A DNA stretch of 64,000 bases, taken from positions 4,278,001-4,342,000 of the forward strand of contig CAVNZM010000014.1 in assembly GCA_963693365.1 (NCBI GenBank). Reading direction: 5' to 3'. This document shows, piece after piece, positions 41,781-56,596 of this stretch. Made by a program: the position numbers and the translations under genes. Each line of letters begins with the position of its first letter. Positions within the stretch are counted from its first letter, which is position 1. Origin of the DNA: Amoebidium appalachense (Eukaryota > Protista > Ichthyosporea). Below the pieces are notes generated by a model that worked only from the letters and a program-made list of their open reading frames with translations, was not told the origin of the DNA and ran no database searches.

Positions 41781-42394
41781 TCCCTCTCTCTTTCACACAC
41801 ACACACACACACATACACAAAACACACACACACACACACACACACACAAGTGCATAAACACACATGCACACTACGGCAAGCACAATTGCGCGCACATACG
41901 CACACGCACGAACACATACATACACTTATGCAAGTAGAGGAGTGCACACATGCACAGACACAAAAATACACGGACACACAATGACGCATGCACACTACAT
42001 TCACACATTGTGGGCGCCCACCACGTACACACGCGCACAAACAATGGGCACACGCTCGCAGCAGGCACCACACAAGCATACGTCACACATCTACACGGAC
42101 ATGAGCACTCGAAGCACCTTTCTGTGTATCTGAGGGCACGCACACATGCACCAATACAGTTGCAGATAACAGCCAGTTGGCCTACAATCATAGCACAGTC
42201 ACCCACACATATACACCGAGACATTCACACATCGGCATGATTTAGCTTTCACGCACACACACAGCCACTGGGCATTACACACTTGCCCACATGCGTAGGT
42301 CTATGGGGCTCTGCTGGGTGTGACCGTGGAGGGATGTCTGATATTGTGTCTGCTTATCTCCTCTCTCTCTCTCTCTCCCCTCTCCCCCCCCCCC

Positions 42395-42462
<68 letters not shown>

Positions 42463-42569
42463 CCTCCCTCCCTCCCTTATTCCCTCCCTCCCTCTCTCTC
42501 TCTCACTGTGTGTGTGTGTCCCCCTCCGTTCCCTCCCTCCCTGCCTCCCTCCCTCCCTCCCTCCCCCCC

Positions 42570-42604
<35 letters not shown>

Positions 42605-42841
42605 TCCCCCTCCCTTCCCTCCCTCCCTCCCTCCCTCCCTCTCTCTTCCCTCTCTACCCCCCCCCCTCTCTCTCTCTCTTTTGCTCTCTATCTCTTTCTT
42701 TCTTTCTCCCTCCCTCTCTCCCTCCCTCTCTCCCTCCTCCCCCCTCCCCCCCCCCCCCCCCCCCCCCACTCTCTCTCCCCCCCCCCCCCCCCCTTGCTCT
42801 CTGTCTTGCCCTCTCTCTCTCTTTCTTTCTGTGTGTGTGCG

Positions 42842-42928
<87 letters not shown>

Positions 42929-43564
42929 AAGTGTATGTACGTCAATGTTCCGTGTATGTGCATGGTGGTATACTGTCTGCACGTGTGTGTGTGTGTGTGT
43001 ATGTGTATGGAGGGGGGGGGGACGGGGGGGGGGGGGGGGGGGGGGGGGACTGTGGCATGGTGTTGCGCCAGCTTCTGTTTCTGTGTGTGTGTGTGTACAC
43101 TGGTGACGGTCTTGTGCCTGCCTTTGCCTGTGTGTCCTGCCTGGTCCTTTCTGTGTGCCTGTGTGGGTGCATGGATCATCGAGTGCACCCACATGGGCCG
43201 GCACTACCTTTGCAGCACTGTGCCGTATATACCTTTAGGCCAACCTACACGTGACTATACCCGCCCCTTCCCAATGTCGTGCATGCATGGTGCGTGCCTG
43301 GCTGCCTTGCATGTGCTGACATGCAGTGCAGGTGCGCAAGGCCAGCATCGTGGCAGCCAATGTGCGGGAGCTCAAGAGCATCTTCTGGGGGGTGCTGGTG
43401 GCCTATGACGAGGGCCTGCTGCACAGCGACACGGTCCTGGCTGCGGCACTGTGGAGGTGGGGGCTGACTGCAGGGGGGGGGGGGGGGGGGGGGGGGGGAA
43501 GGGGGGGGGGGGGGGGGAAGGGAGGAGGCGGGAAAGGGTGGTGAATTCGACGGCCGGACTTCGC

Positions 43565-43618
<54 letters not shown>

Positions 43619-43637
43619 GATGGTTTTTTTTTTTTTT

Positions 43638-43685
<48 letters not shown>

Positions 43686-43729
43686 AAGGGGGGGGGGGCC
43701 AAAATCGGCGTCAAACCCAAGTACCGGAG

Positions 43730-43775
<46 letters not shown>

Positions 43776-43783
43776 GTGTGTGT

Positions 43784-43816
<33 letters not shown>

Positions 43817-43856
43817 CGTGCGTGTGTGCGTGTGTATGTGTGTGTATTCGTGTTTT

Positions 43857-43888
<32 letters not shown>

Positions 43889-44100
43889 GGGGGGGTGTTA
43901 AGGTAAATGGTTGCCTTTAGCATTGTGCTGACTGGGTGCACAGGAACATGTTTGACATGCGGGCGGTGGAGGCACCACGGCTAGCTGCAATGGTGGGCTA
44001 TGTACGCAGCCAGGCACAGCACCTGGACGGCATTAGCAATGACGACCTGCTGGCTGGAAACATTCACTGGGCACCCCCACTGCCACTGACCCACGACTAG
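40814..44100 (+). CDS. CBP3: Ubiquinol-cytochrome c reductase assembly chaperone Cbp3/UQCC1, multi-exon
   Basis: Spliced [24 protein letters not shown]...[10 protein letters not shown] / ...[26 protein letters not shown] / NMF...MVGYVRSQ. The Arg-rich N-terminus resembles a mitochondrial presequence. Confidence 0.9.
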
Positions 44101-44106
44101 ACACAA

Positions 44107-44174
<68 letters not shown>

Positions 44175-44643
44175 GCTAGCCCGGCACACACACGAATTTT
44201 ACAACTTTGGCTTTGACCGATACATACACAAACACACTTGCCTCACGACCTGAGGGTGTGTGTGTGTGTGCGCGCACACACACACACACACACCACCTTT
44301 TGTACGATCTGAGAGCACACCCTGAAGTGACGGCATGCTCACACGGAATAAAGTTTGGCTGCAGGCCAGCCACGAGCACACTTCGTGTTTGGTTGTGCAT
44401 GGGGGGCATGGAGTGACGGTAGGGAGTGGCCACATACTCGCCACCAGCACACCCCCTGTCCAGATAGCATGGCAGTGCATGCGGCCCACCACACACCTTG
44501 CCAGTGCTCATATTGTTGGTACCCCCACGTAGATGCACTCGATGTTTCTCTGGTCACAACTGGACAGGCACGGTGGCGGTAGCTGTGCTGATGGCTGCAA
44601 GCAAGTTAGCTGTGTGGTTGCTGCTGCTCACAGATGCTCCCTG

Positions 44644-44790
44644 TATTTGCTGGAACCTTGTTTTGCCATGTGGCTATCTAGTTTATTTGCTGGAACCTTG
44701 TTTTGCCATGTGGCTATCTAGTTTATTTGCTGGAACCTGGCTTGCTATGCGGCTGCTATCTAGTTTATTTGCTGGAACCTGGCTTCCTAT
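44644..44790. repeat. ~40-bp minisatellite, 3-4 copies
   Basis: TATTTGCTGGAACCT(TGTTTTGCCATGTGG)CTATCTAGTT is repeated. Confidence 0.85.
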
Positions 44791-45532
44791 GCGGCTACCA
44801 TGCAGTCAAGTGAGTTGGGTTGGGAGTCCTGTGTCGTTTTCCCTTGGCCGCCGCTCCAAATGCTAGTCCTCCTCGTAGTGCACTGCTGTACTGAAGGGAG
44901 GGTGTTTCGAATTCTTTCCTAAGACGGAAGTCACCTTGCACCTCATCGGACAAAACCCAATCCGGTGGCGTAAGTCAGGGGGAAACGATATGATCCTCAA
45001 GCGACATCAAGGGCCCCTCTCAAAGGGGGTTGAGGGTGTGGCAGTCCCTCTGCTTAGGGGCCACATCTAGACATATACACACATATTAGGGTTACGGTTA
45101 TTGCGTCATGTTTTTGCTTTTGGCGATGACTTGTCAAATGCTGTATTTTTTTGGCGGTGTATGTAAGCGATCTCTCTAATATTAGGGCTCACGTTTATAC
45201 GGACCTATCCGAGTCATTTTCCTTCTGATGATCCCCCCCCACCCCTCTCCCCTCCATCACCCACGTGCACCCACGCAACCATGGCTGTGTACGTGGAAAA
45301 GCGCTGCAATCGAGATTGATAATAATACAGCAAGTGATGTAGGCCAGCCTGATCACATAGCAGCTCGCTATAGCAGCTACTGAATATGCATACGACTAAC
45401 CCGTCATGATCACCGCGCCGTGTGTGCTTACATAGACCTCTAGCGGCAGCTGCAGGAGGGAAGATGTTTTGGAATGGGTCACAAAGCCAACGGCAATAGC
45501 AAGTATATAAATGCAGGTCGATAACTAGTTAA

Positions 45533-45569
<37 letters not shown>

Positions 45570-46940
45570 AAAAAAAGCTTTAACTCACATAAAAAAAATT
45601 AAAAAAAATGGGTGTTCAAGAAAGAAGAAGATCGTGCCTCGCATTAACACAACCGCAATTCCAAGGTCATTTTATTGGTTCACACGGTCTATATTCTGGG
45701 AAACCGAGTGTCAATATTCACTAAAACGAACCGTATGGCTTCACAAACAACCCGTATTCCAAATCAAGGGTACAACCTGTGGCCAGTGCCCGGTCCAAGT
45801 CAGAGAGGAAGGGCCGACCGCAACCGATTGCTATATTCGTCCCCATCAAGGTCGGAGTAATGCGCCATCATGCTGGAGTTCTGGAGCGCCAGGCAGCAAC
45901 TTGCACCGCACAGCAAGCGAAGCAATCACCCCTGCGGGGGCTGGTTTTTGCCCCTCACACGGGCCACTCCAGTTCAAATACAGATGCAGCCGCACTTTTT
46001 CCTTGGCGGGCTCGAGGTCTCCTGATGCCCCTTTTTTCTATCTTTCCTCACAGTGCGGTACAAAAGGCCAAAGTGCCAATCGTATCCACCCATTGAAAAC
46101 TCTTTGCGCCCAACAAAAGTGTCGGTCATTTCATTACTAAAAGCTGGCAGTGACGTCTTCAAAAAATGCGACAAACGTGGGCGTAGCCAGTATTTAGGCC
46201 AAGTAATCGACCCGCTAGAGGAAAAGCACGTGTACGTGTGTGGGGGTGGGTGGGTGACTAGTGTCCACGCAGGTGTGTGCCAAAATTATGTGAGTAGTGC
46301 ATACGTGTGTCTGTATGTGTGCTCACAAAGAGTGACTACGAGGTAGAGAGATGAGGAAACAAGCAAAGGTAATAGGGAGACCGGACAAAGCAAACATATA
46401 CCCGTGTGCACACACACACACACTCAGTGAGAGAGGAATTGGACGGTTGGGGGAGGGGGAAAGGGGGGAGGGGAGGGAGAAAAGGACCAAGGAGGGGAGG
46501 GAGGGGGGAGGGAGGGAGGGGGGAGGGGAGGGAAGGGGGAGGGTGGGGAGGGTGGGAGGGAAGGTGGTGGCAGGGAGGGAGGGAGGGATGGAAAGGGGGT
46601 GAGAGGGGCGGAGGTGGGGAAGGGGGGGGGGAGAGGGGTTGAAAAAAAGTGAAGTATGAAAGTCGGACTAGCAAGGAGGGAGGATGGGAGTGTTAGAGAT
46701 AGAGTGTGTAGGGAGAGCGGGAGAAAGAAGGGGGAGAGGAAGGGAGGGAGGGAGGGGGCTTGGATAGGAGGGGGGTAGGGAGAGAGGCGTGAAAAGAAGG
46801 ATGGAAAGCTGTCATCCTGAGGGCTTGTGCGCCGCGGCAGTGCATTCAATGTGTATGGGACGGGATTGATGAGGAGGATGGGGCCATAGGGCGCTGGAGA
46901 AATGGAAGGGGCGAGGGTAGGAGAAGGAGGGGAAACCCAC

Positions 46941-47090
46941 CATGATGACACGGTGGACATGGAAGTCGCGTGACGTGCCGTCGCGAGCCACGGCCCGGAG
47001 CGTTACGTCACACAGGCGGCCCTCCTCGTAGTGGCGCCCATAGCGCTCACGCTGCCGACAGCAGCTGGCTGACACATGGAAGTCAGACAT
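46941..47090 (-). CDS. First exon of a BTB/POZ-domain protein (remaining exons not found)
   Basis: CCACCATG start, then YEEGRLCDVTLRAVARDGTSRDFHVHRVIM, then a GT donor. This is the typical BTB N-terminal CDV...F.xHR.+L pattern. Confidence 0.6.
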
Positions 47091-49228
47091 GGTGGTGCGG
47101 CGTATACGAGACCAAGGTGTGCTGCAGGGGGGGAACGGTTGCGACCTCGCATGGCTTCATGTGCTGGACCAGGCCAGCAACCCGCACACACGGCAGCACC
47201 TGCACACTGTGTACCTACGCCACAACCAGGTCGCCCATCAACTGGTCGTGTGCGTGGCTGCACACACCACGGCCCTCAGAACACACTCATTAGTGCCGGC
47301 GCCTCTGCACCGGGTTGCTCTGACCACCAACTTAGCGTAGCTCAACTTACGGTTGTGGGCCGAGGGCAAGCCACCAAGCTATCCCGGCTCAGTCACTGTG
47401 TCGTCATTTGCATCGATTCGATCGACATCTTGTCTCACATAAAGCGGTAGCGCAATGTAGACTGCATGGCCGGCGCACGCATGCACTCAGTCTCGCTGAG
47501 CTCTGGCTCGCACTGCGCACGGCCCATACATACGCGTTGAGTTGTGCGTGCCTGTAGGCTCTGAGTGTGTGTTTGCTGGTGCTAACTATTAGCCACACAT
47601 ATATGTTCAAATAGCTGCCTTACAAGGCAGCACAGCCCACCACACACAGCAGTCAACGCCTAAGGCCCAGCACAGTCACCACCATGGCCACCAGCCTAGC
47701 ACGGGTAGGCACACGTACACACACAGGCAGCACGGGTGGAGCACAGCTGGTACACACAAACCAAGCACACACACAGGCAGCACGGGTGTAGCACGGGTGG
47801 AGCACAGCTGGCACACACAAACCAACCACACACACGGATGAAATTGGGCACGTGCACGCACACGTACTGGCACGCCACTAGGCACATGCATCCACACGGA
47901 CAACATACGAACCCACGTAGCCACAGACCCTTTCACACGGAACACACGGGGACAGGCAGGCATACACAGGCATGTTTAATGGAAACCCAGGTGACCCACA
48001 CGATCAAGCGTCGCCAGTCTGCCCTTTATGCTCACTAAAGACCACACACACACTTTATCCTACGTGCGTGCACGCGAGTGCCTGAAACAAAAGTCTGGAC
48101 ACAAAAAATGACCATGCTGGCGCTCATCATACACAACCACACAGAAACAGTGAGAAAGAGAGAGATTGGTGTGGGAAGAAGGGCCGATGTATTGTGTTCT
48201 GTGTGCGTGGCTGTGAGGGAGGCGGGCTGTGAAGGAGAAAAGATGAGGGGGGGGAAGGGGGGAGAGAGAGAGAGAGAGGGAGAGAGGGAAGGGGAGAGAG
48301 GAAGGGAGGCGGAAAGAGGGAGGGGGAGGGGAGAGGAGAGAGACTGGGAGAGAGGGGGAGAGAGAGAGAAAAAGTGATAGCGAGAGAGAGAGAGGGGTGG
48401 AGAGAGAAAGCAAGAGAATAAAAGAGAATGGGGGTTTAGGGAGGGAGGGAGGGGGGGAGGGATATTGCACGGATACACGCCACACAACGCACCCACACCC
48501 ACACACACACACACAAGAGAGTAAAATCTGTAGATAACTTTCAAGACCATCATGTCACTTTGCAGCAGATGCTGCATGAAGGGCGCACACACACGCCAGG
48601 CATACACACGCCAGGCACACACACAGACACATGACACACTTGCACCAGGCACACGTACGCACCGGGCACACGTGCACCAGGCACACACTTACAGGCACCA
48701 GACATACACACACACACACACACACACACACGAGACACACACACACGTGTGCGTGTGTACACACAAACACCAGGCATGCACACACCAGGGGCACACAGGA
48801 GTTGATATATACACATGGTTGGGAACGGGTAGATACAGGCTGTGTAGGTCAAAAACAGCCATTAGAATGTGTGCACCCAAACAGCAGTGTTGGGCCCACA
48901 GTTAGCAGGAGAACTGGGCACAGGCAGAGGTGGAGGGGAGAGGGAGGATGTGGTGTTGGTGTGTGTCCTGTTGTGGTGGCTGTGCGTGTTGGTTGGTGTG
49001 TACTCTTGCATGCGCGGGTATGTGTGAATGTGTGAGAGAGAGACAGCAGAGAGAGTGTGTGTGGATGTTTTAGTGTGTGTGTTGGGGCATGCAAACTGCA
49101 TGTGGGTGCCTGGTGCCAACCTTGTGTGGGCGTTCTTCTTGTGTTGTTTGGCCCGGGAAGGAGGAGGGCAGAGGGCATAATTAGTCGACTGAGGGTATGG
49201 GTGCATGCATAACTAACTGGCTGTGCAG

Positions 49229-49352
49229 AATGTGCTGACGCATACGTCACGGTGGCACCTGATCGATGCCAAAGGCCAGCCCATAGGAAGGGTGGCCAAC
49301 GTGGTGTGCCACCTGCTGCAGGGCAAGCACAAGCCCACATACCACCCTGCAG

Positions 49353-49395
<43 letters not shown>

Positions 49396-49701
49396 TGTGT
49401 GTGTGTTTGTGTTTGTGTGTGTGTGTGTGTTTGTGCATATGCCGTGCATGCTCGCCTGTGTGTGCACACATGTCAGAGTTACCGTGCACGTGCATGCTCC
49501 TAACATGAACATGTGCACAGTGCACCTGAGATGCATGTACGCCTCTGTGGCCCCCTCACGTGCTGTTCACAGCCTCTACTCGCCTCCCCCCGTCCCCCCA
49601 AAAAATAACAAAAAAAGCTTTCTTCCCCGCGCACCAGCATTACAACCACATTACACACAAAGTAGAAGTAAAACACAATTCACACACACACACACTCACA
49701 C

Positions 49702-49736
<35 letters not shown>

Positions 49737-50807
49737 TGTGTGCGTGTGTGCGTGCGTGCGTGCTCAGAGAGAGGGACGGAGGAAGAGGGAGGAGATAGAG
49801 ACAGACAGACAGACAGACGTATGCGGGAACACATACGCTCCCCCCTCGCCCCCCCTGCTTGACGCACAAATGAAATCAAATTTACGTGTGTGTACACACA
49901 CACATACACAGACTGCGATGCAAGCACACACGTAAACGGATACATACACCTGCACTCATACGCACACGGCACCTAAACACACTCACGCACAGGTGCTGTG
50001 TCATTTAATTGTATATTACACACACATGCAACAACCCCCACCCCCCCCCATATTCACAGTACACACCAGACGTTACAAGGAAAGAGAGTCGAAGGGTTCT
50101 ATTCGACCGTAAAGGATTTGATATTGTCAGGTTGTGAGGGCTTGGGGGGCAGAGGGAGACATCAGAGTGCAAGAGGTAGCACTCACAGGGGGCCATGTGG
50201 TGGTTGGATGTGCTCATTGGATGATTGGGTGTGCTGATTCGATGATTGGGTGTGCTGATTGGATGATTGGGTGTGCAGTGGATGGTGGGGACCACGTGGT
50301 AGTGGTCAACAGCAGTGAGGCCACGTTCACTGGGCGCAAGTGGGACAGGAAGACCTACAGGCACGCGACAATGTACCCAGGGGGATTGAAGGAGACAGTG
50401 GCTAGGCACATGCACGAGGCCAGCCCTACAGAGGTAGGTGCGGAGGGGGGGGGGGGGGGGGGGGGGAAGGGAGAAAAGGGTTGGGAAGGGGGGGGGGGGG
50501 GGGAAGGGGGGGGGGGAGGGGGGGAGGGGGTGTGTGTTTATGTGTGTGTATGGGGGGGGGGGGGGGGGGGGGGGGGAGGTGCAGGGACTAAATTGCTGTG
50601 GTGCAGTGTGTGCGCAAGGCCGTGTACGGCATGCTGCCAAAGAACAAACTGCGGTGGCCACGGCTGCAGAAGCTGCACATCTTTGCGGGGGCAGAGCACC
50701 CCTATGGGGCAAATGTGGGCGCAATGGTGCTGCCCCCAATCAAACAGGCTGGCAGCATCCTCATGAAGGGCTCGGTGCCAGCTATCACCGCACGCCCACA
50801 CCAATAG
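49229..50807 (+). CDS. MRPL13: Mitochondrial ribosomal protein uL13m (first exon/start not located)
   Basis: Exons: RWHLIDAKGQPIGRVANVVCHLLQGKHKPTYHP / DGGDHVVVVN...GRKWDRKTYRHATMYPGGLKE / VRKAVYGMLPKNKLR...KLHIFAGAEHPY. Confidence 0.93.
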
Positions 50808-51119
50808 ATGACTGGATGTGCACTGCCCTTCCTGTTTATTGTTTTCTTTTTCTTTTTCCTTTTTTTTTTTGGGGGGGGGGGGGGGTTCATTTTGGTCTAT
50901 TTGTTTTGGTGGGTAGCGTTGGTAGGGACACATACATTGCAGGAGCATACGTAACACTCTCAACACCCATGCAATGTAGGTTTCATAAAACACAAAAAAA
51001 ATTGGAATATTGTGCACATGGATTATGGATTGCTGGGCGGCTGGCCGATCCCACTGCCATGGCAAAGGTGCGCCATTGGCTCCCAGCAGGCCTGGGGCCA
51101 ACACAGGCCACACGGGGTA

Positions 51120-51590
51120 GCAGCCACCCATTAGAATGCAAGCACACACCTACAGCCACCCAATAGGATGCAGGCACACACATACAGCCACCCATTAGAA
51201 TGCAGGCACACACCTACCGCCACCCATTAGAATGCAGGCACACACCTACAGCCACCCAATAGACCAATAGAATGCAGGCACACACCTACAGTCCCCAATA
51301 GAATGCAGGCACACACCTACAGCCACCCAATAGGATGCAGACACACACCTACAGCCACCCAATAGAATGCAGGCACACACCTACAGCCACTCAATAGGAT
51401 GCAGGCACACACCTACAGCCACCCAAAAGAATGCAGGCACACACCTACAGCCACCCAATAGGATGCAGGCACACACCTACAGCCACCCAATAGAATGCAG
51501 GCACACACCTACAGCCACCCAATAGGATGCAGGCACACACCTACAGCCACCCAATAGAATGCAGGCACACACCTACAGCCACCCAATAAT
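51120..51590. repeat. 32-bp minisatellite, ~14 copies
   Basis: CCCAATAG(A/G)ATGCAGGCACACACCTACAGCCA in tandem. Confidence 0.95.
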
Positions 51591-51699
51591 TTGACTGGTG
51601 CCTGCTGTGGTTCACACTTTGACAACCCCCCTGCAATGGTTTGACTACACTACTGAGGATGTTTCATTTTTGTAGACAGGAAGGGGTGGTGGTGTGTGT

Positions 51700-51762
<63 letters not shown>

Positions 51763-52991
51763 ATAGTAAATTCTCCGTCCCTCCCTAGGCCTCCTCCGCA
51801 TCTCTCTATTCATGTGTCAGGATTTGATTGGGGCAAAGTCACCATGTTTGATCATGGTTTGTGTGTGTGTGGGTATGACAACATGTGCTTGCTATCTGCC
51901 GGTGTGCCTGTTTGACACCGATATTAGCACCACCGTGTTTGCATATATTGAAGTGCAGCCATGGATCCAGATGTAACGAATGTGTGTACACTCGAGTACA
52001 CTGTGTGTGCGTGTGAACACACACCTTTGTTTTGTTTGTGCAAGTGTGTGTTTGTGTGGATGTGTTGAGAGTTGAATTATGTAGAGCGTCTGCCTGGCGG
52101 CTGCAAATTTAAGCTTGCTGTGTGTACGTACATGCATGTATTAAAGTACGTGCCCTAAGACTTGATTTGTGTGTGTGTACATACATGCATGTATTAAAGT
52201 ACGTGCTCTAAGACTTGATTTGTGTGTGTACATGATTTTGTTGATGATCAGTTGGCAATGTAAGGCAAGCACTCGTGTGCGCACCAGAGGGGGTGTGTGT
52301 GGGAGGGGCAAGGGGAGAGGGGGGGAGGGAAATTCTCTAGAAGGGCCGAGGTTTTGGGGGAGGGGGGAGGGGAGGGAGGGATCTCTAGAAAACGGGAGCC
52401 CGGAGGGGGAGGGGAGGGGGGGGGGAGGGGAAGATTTTATGAGAGGCTCTGGATTATGCCAGTAGTGAGCGTGCAAACAGCAGGCTGATGTGTGCGTCTT
52501 CAAGTTGAGAGCGACGTGAGTGCCTCCGGGCATGGCATTCATCCAACCTGAACAGCTACATACCACACCACCGGTGCTTTTGTGGGTGTTGTGTGGGTAG
52601 GTGGGTGGGTGGGTGGGTGGGTGGGGGGGGGGGGGGGGGGGGTCCGTGGCCGAACCGGATACTATATTTGTATCATGCAATTTGTGTGACAATCAAAGAC
52701 GGTGTCGTTCCTGTGCACATGTACATGTGCGCATTCGTGTGCTCCGTGTGCCTCGTTTGTGGTTGTGCATGTGTGTCACGCCACCCGGCAGGCAGCTTTA
52801 TCTGAGTGACATAGTTGTGCACGGTGTGGTGTGGGAGTCGAAGTGGTTTCGATCCTGGGTGCTTGGGATCACCGCGGGTGTGATCTGAACTAGTGGGCTG
52901 GGTTGGGCAGTGTGTGGCAGCAATATATACAAGGTGCACTGTTGCCGTAGCTTTGTGTGTGTTACGTGTGTGCCACGGTGTGCATGTGTGT

Positions 52992-53022
<31 letters not shown>

Positions 53023-53071
53023 GGGGGGGGGGGGTGTTTGTGTGTTTGTGCCGTGTGTGTGTGTGTGTGTA

Positions 53072-53134
<63 letters not shown>

Positions 53135-56100
53135 ACATATGTGTGTATGTGTGTGCGCACACCCACGATGGTACGCGTGTGCGTGAGCTGTGTCTATGTG
53201 GGTCACTCAGCCACTGTGTGCCGGTGTGTAGTGCTGTTGATGCCAGACCTAGAGTGGAAGATAAAAAGATGTGGGCGCGTGGACACTAAGGTAGCCATAG
53301 CCTGGGGTCACGCACCATGCAGCTGCATATATGTTGGCATATTGAAGCATAACGGTTATGTCTACTGGAACCAAGTATGGGTTGTGGGTGTATGGGTGAT
53401 GTATTCTTGTTCGAATTTCAATTCAGTTATATTAATAATAGACATTATAACATATTATCACGGTATTCATGATTAGTACCAACGGTTGGAACGGCGGAGA
53501 AAGGACAACATATCCGTTAAGGTTCACTGATGTCCGATGTGAGAGATACACCCGGGACCCTCATTCATATCATAGAGGGAGGGCATGAGGGCGGGGGAGT
53601 CCCTCGAGATAGAAAGGGAAAAAGAGAGAGAATTTGGAGTGGAGAGGGAAGGAAGATCTTAGGGCTGGTGTTGTGTAAGGCATGACTCAGTCTTCAAGAC
53701 GCATATATGTGGCATTGTGCCTAAGCTTGAGGTTTGTACATAAAAGTGTGTGAAGCGATTCCGAAGCTTTCAGGGTGACAAATAGTTCTCCACATCATCG
53801 TCACTGGTCTAATCGTTAAGTGTATGGCAGCCGGAGGCCTAGGGGTGGTGTGGGTCTCCCCCCCCCCCCCCCCCCCCCCCCCCCACACACACATCCTCCG
53901 CCCCCCCCCCCCCCCCCCCCCCCCCCCCCCACCCCTCGAAGGCCCACCACCACCTTACGATAATAATACTATCACACAGAGGCCACATGCATTGGTCGTG
54001 CACTTGCTTGGGCCTGGCCCTGATTGGGTCTATCATGTATTTCCTTTTTCGAACCTCAGTGACAATGTTATCAGTAGGCACCAAATCCACCCAATGTGTT
54101 GTACTGGCAGTACCGTGAGTCATTCACTTACCCAGAACCTCGATAGGCATAATCTGGGTTCGCGTTCGCCATGGGCAGCTGGTCAGCTGCCACTGGGTCA
54201 TCAACCAACACGTTCGTTCGCGATTCTGCTCACTCGATATCGGCACACGTAACCGGGCTCGCATCAACTCCACATACACTAAACCTGGAAAACAGGCCCA
54301 AATCCAGGGTTACAGACCAGAAAACATGACAAGAAGCTAATAAGAGCCTAGAAATGTGCACGTAATTATGAACACCTACGCATGCTCTACAACACGACTG
54401 CATGCATGTTCGACCATGGTTCACCATGTCTTACATGCGAATGAACACATGTGAGCATGCAGCAGTGTGGCATTTATCGCTGTGGATGTGCAACACTACT
54501 ATGTCCACAGGAAAAATTCAAGCTTGCGCATGCAACGTTAACAGGATGGCCAAAAAGTGTGCGTGCGAGCGTCATATGTACCAGAGCTATCTATATGCAG
54601 TGTTCATGCATACCACAATGCAGCCTGGCACAAATGGATGGATGTGTACGTTTTACGCAGATTCGTAAGTGTATGTGCAGAAAGAGTAGGCGTTATGGGT
54701 GTATGCACTTTACTCTTGACATAGGAACCAGTCTCAGGTACGTGGGTTTTGCTCGCAATCGGTGCTCCTCCCACCATCAGGATGATCATGTGCATAGCAA
54801 GGCCTGTTGTAAGGCTTCTACGTTGTAAGTGAAGAAAGCGCAACTTTTGTTGGGTAGCCTCGGGAACCCATGCTTGGTTCTTTCTTGGTTTTTTCTTTTC
54901 CTTGTTCTTTTTCTTGTTCTTTTCGAATTCCGGCTAGGAAATCAGGCAACGACATACATATGTACGATAAGCTGGTGCATGCGTGCTTGGGTGCGTGTCC
55001 GTGCATGCGTTGTTTGTGCGTGCGTGCCTGTGTGAAGCTATAGTTTGTTGTGTGTTTCCTCACGCCAAGTCAACCCGTCTAGCACACCGGCCAACCATGA
55101 GTGCTAATTTCCCTAGGCCTACATAGGCCCTCTGCTGGCAGCTACCAGCCTGCCCGCGCCTGACGACCAGCTGCAACGCGCACAAACCATCAGCCTCTAC
55201 CTGTGTTGAGGGCTAATTGTGGTTTCTGTTTTCCCGAAATTCCAAGGTAAACTTGAAGCCACTCAGCTTGAATTAAATGCAAGCCAAAATAAAAAATGTA
55301 ACAGACGCCATTAAATATATGGGACTAAGTGTTTTTGGTATAAAAACATATTAGCACAGTTGTGAGGCTATGGCTTGGAAGTTTTATTGTCTACATTTAC
55401 AGCATTTTCAAATTTAACAACTCTTGGAATTCGTGGGCGACGAACTTTACAAAAGCCCCACCCTGGAGAGTTTGAGGCGAACTGTGTGGTGCGCGACTGA
55501 CCAATCTCCGTGCAGACGTGTCCTGGAGCAGGGTTGGAAAAAGAGAAATATTTCGGATTTTTTATCGTTATAACCTTTGTACTGTGTAAGCATAATTAAA
55601 GCATATACACATGCATCATCAAGTGATATACAGCTGTTAATGTGTTTTACCGACACAGATACCTGTCATCAGAAGGCGGTACCATCAGTTAACACAACTA
55701 GTGAGTCAATTGACCGCAAACAACTATAGATACTGTAGAGAGTAGGAAAGAAATGTCATATTGGGAGAGATCAGTAATCGGGAAATAAAATATGCTGTTT
55801 CAGTAGCATTTTCCCTACCCTGAAATGGTATACGGCCAGCTGCAGCAGCCAGTACAGACTATAAAATCTTGTACAAGCTATAAAACATCACATGCTGTAA
55901 CTAAGAAAGGCCAAATGCAAACATTAGAATAGAAGCAGTCAGTATACAGTGTACACCTTCACTACAACGTGCGCAGGACTGACGTGCAGGGTACTGAGGA
56001 CACATTGATCGAAGCGTCAGTCTTAAAAACAGTTAGTATAAAAAACGTTAACAGCGAAGTGGTCAACAGGACACCGACCTGACCTTGGAAGCAATAGCAG

Positions 56101-56596
56101 TACATGACACTAGCACAGAAATAGCAGCACAGTGGCGTACTAGTGAAAGCAGCTGCAGGGAAGCACACGGGGCAGCCACTAGTGGTTCTAGCAGCCTACG
56201 GAACACATACAGGCCGGGCTGTGGGACACTCGTCTGCAGGAACTTCTGAGGCCGTTACAGCGACGTAGCAACAGGAGCCTCAGAAGCTAACCTTGGCAAA
56301 AAAGCAGGACTGTGACAGCTGGACAACAACAGCGAGATAGCACCAGCCGGAGAGCAATTGAGCAGTTAGAACAGGGCAGTAAGACAACAGCATTAGCTGC
56401 TTAGCCGGACCGGGTGCCCACACACACAGCTTAGTTTAGTCAACATCCAAGCAGCTCTTCCAAGCATACGCCGAACGTTCACGCCTGCCTTGTAATTACT
56501 ACAGCAGCAGCGGACACTAATTCTTCCGAACATCCAGGCCAGACCACACCGTGCTTCCATCTGCTTACGCTGGTTGCTGCTCTGACCAGAGGCATA

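Noticed and set aside
52125-52230. ~50-bp tandem duplication
   Set aside because: Ordinary local slippage with no further structure.
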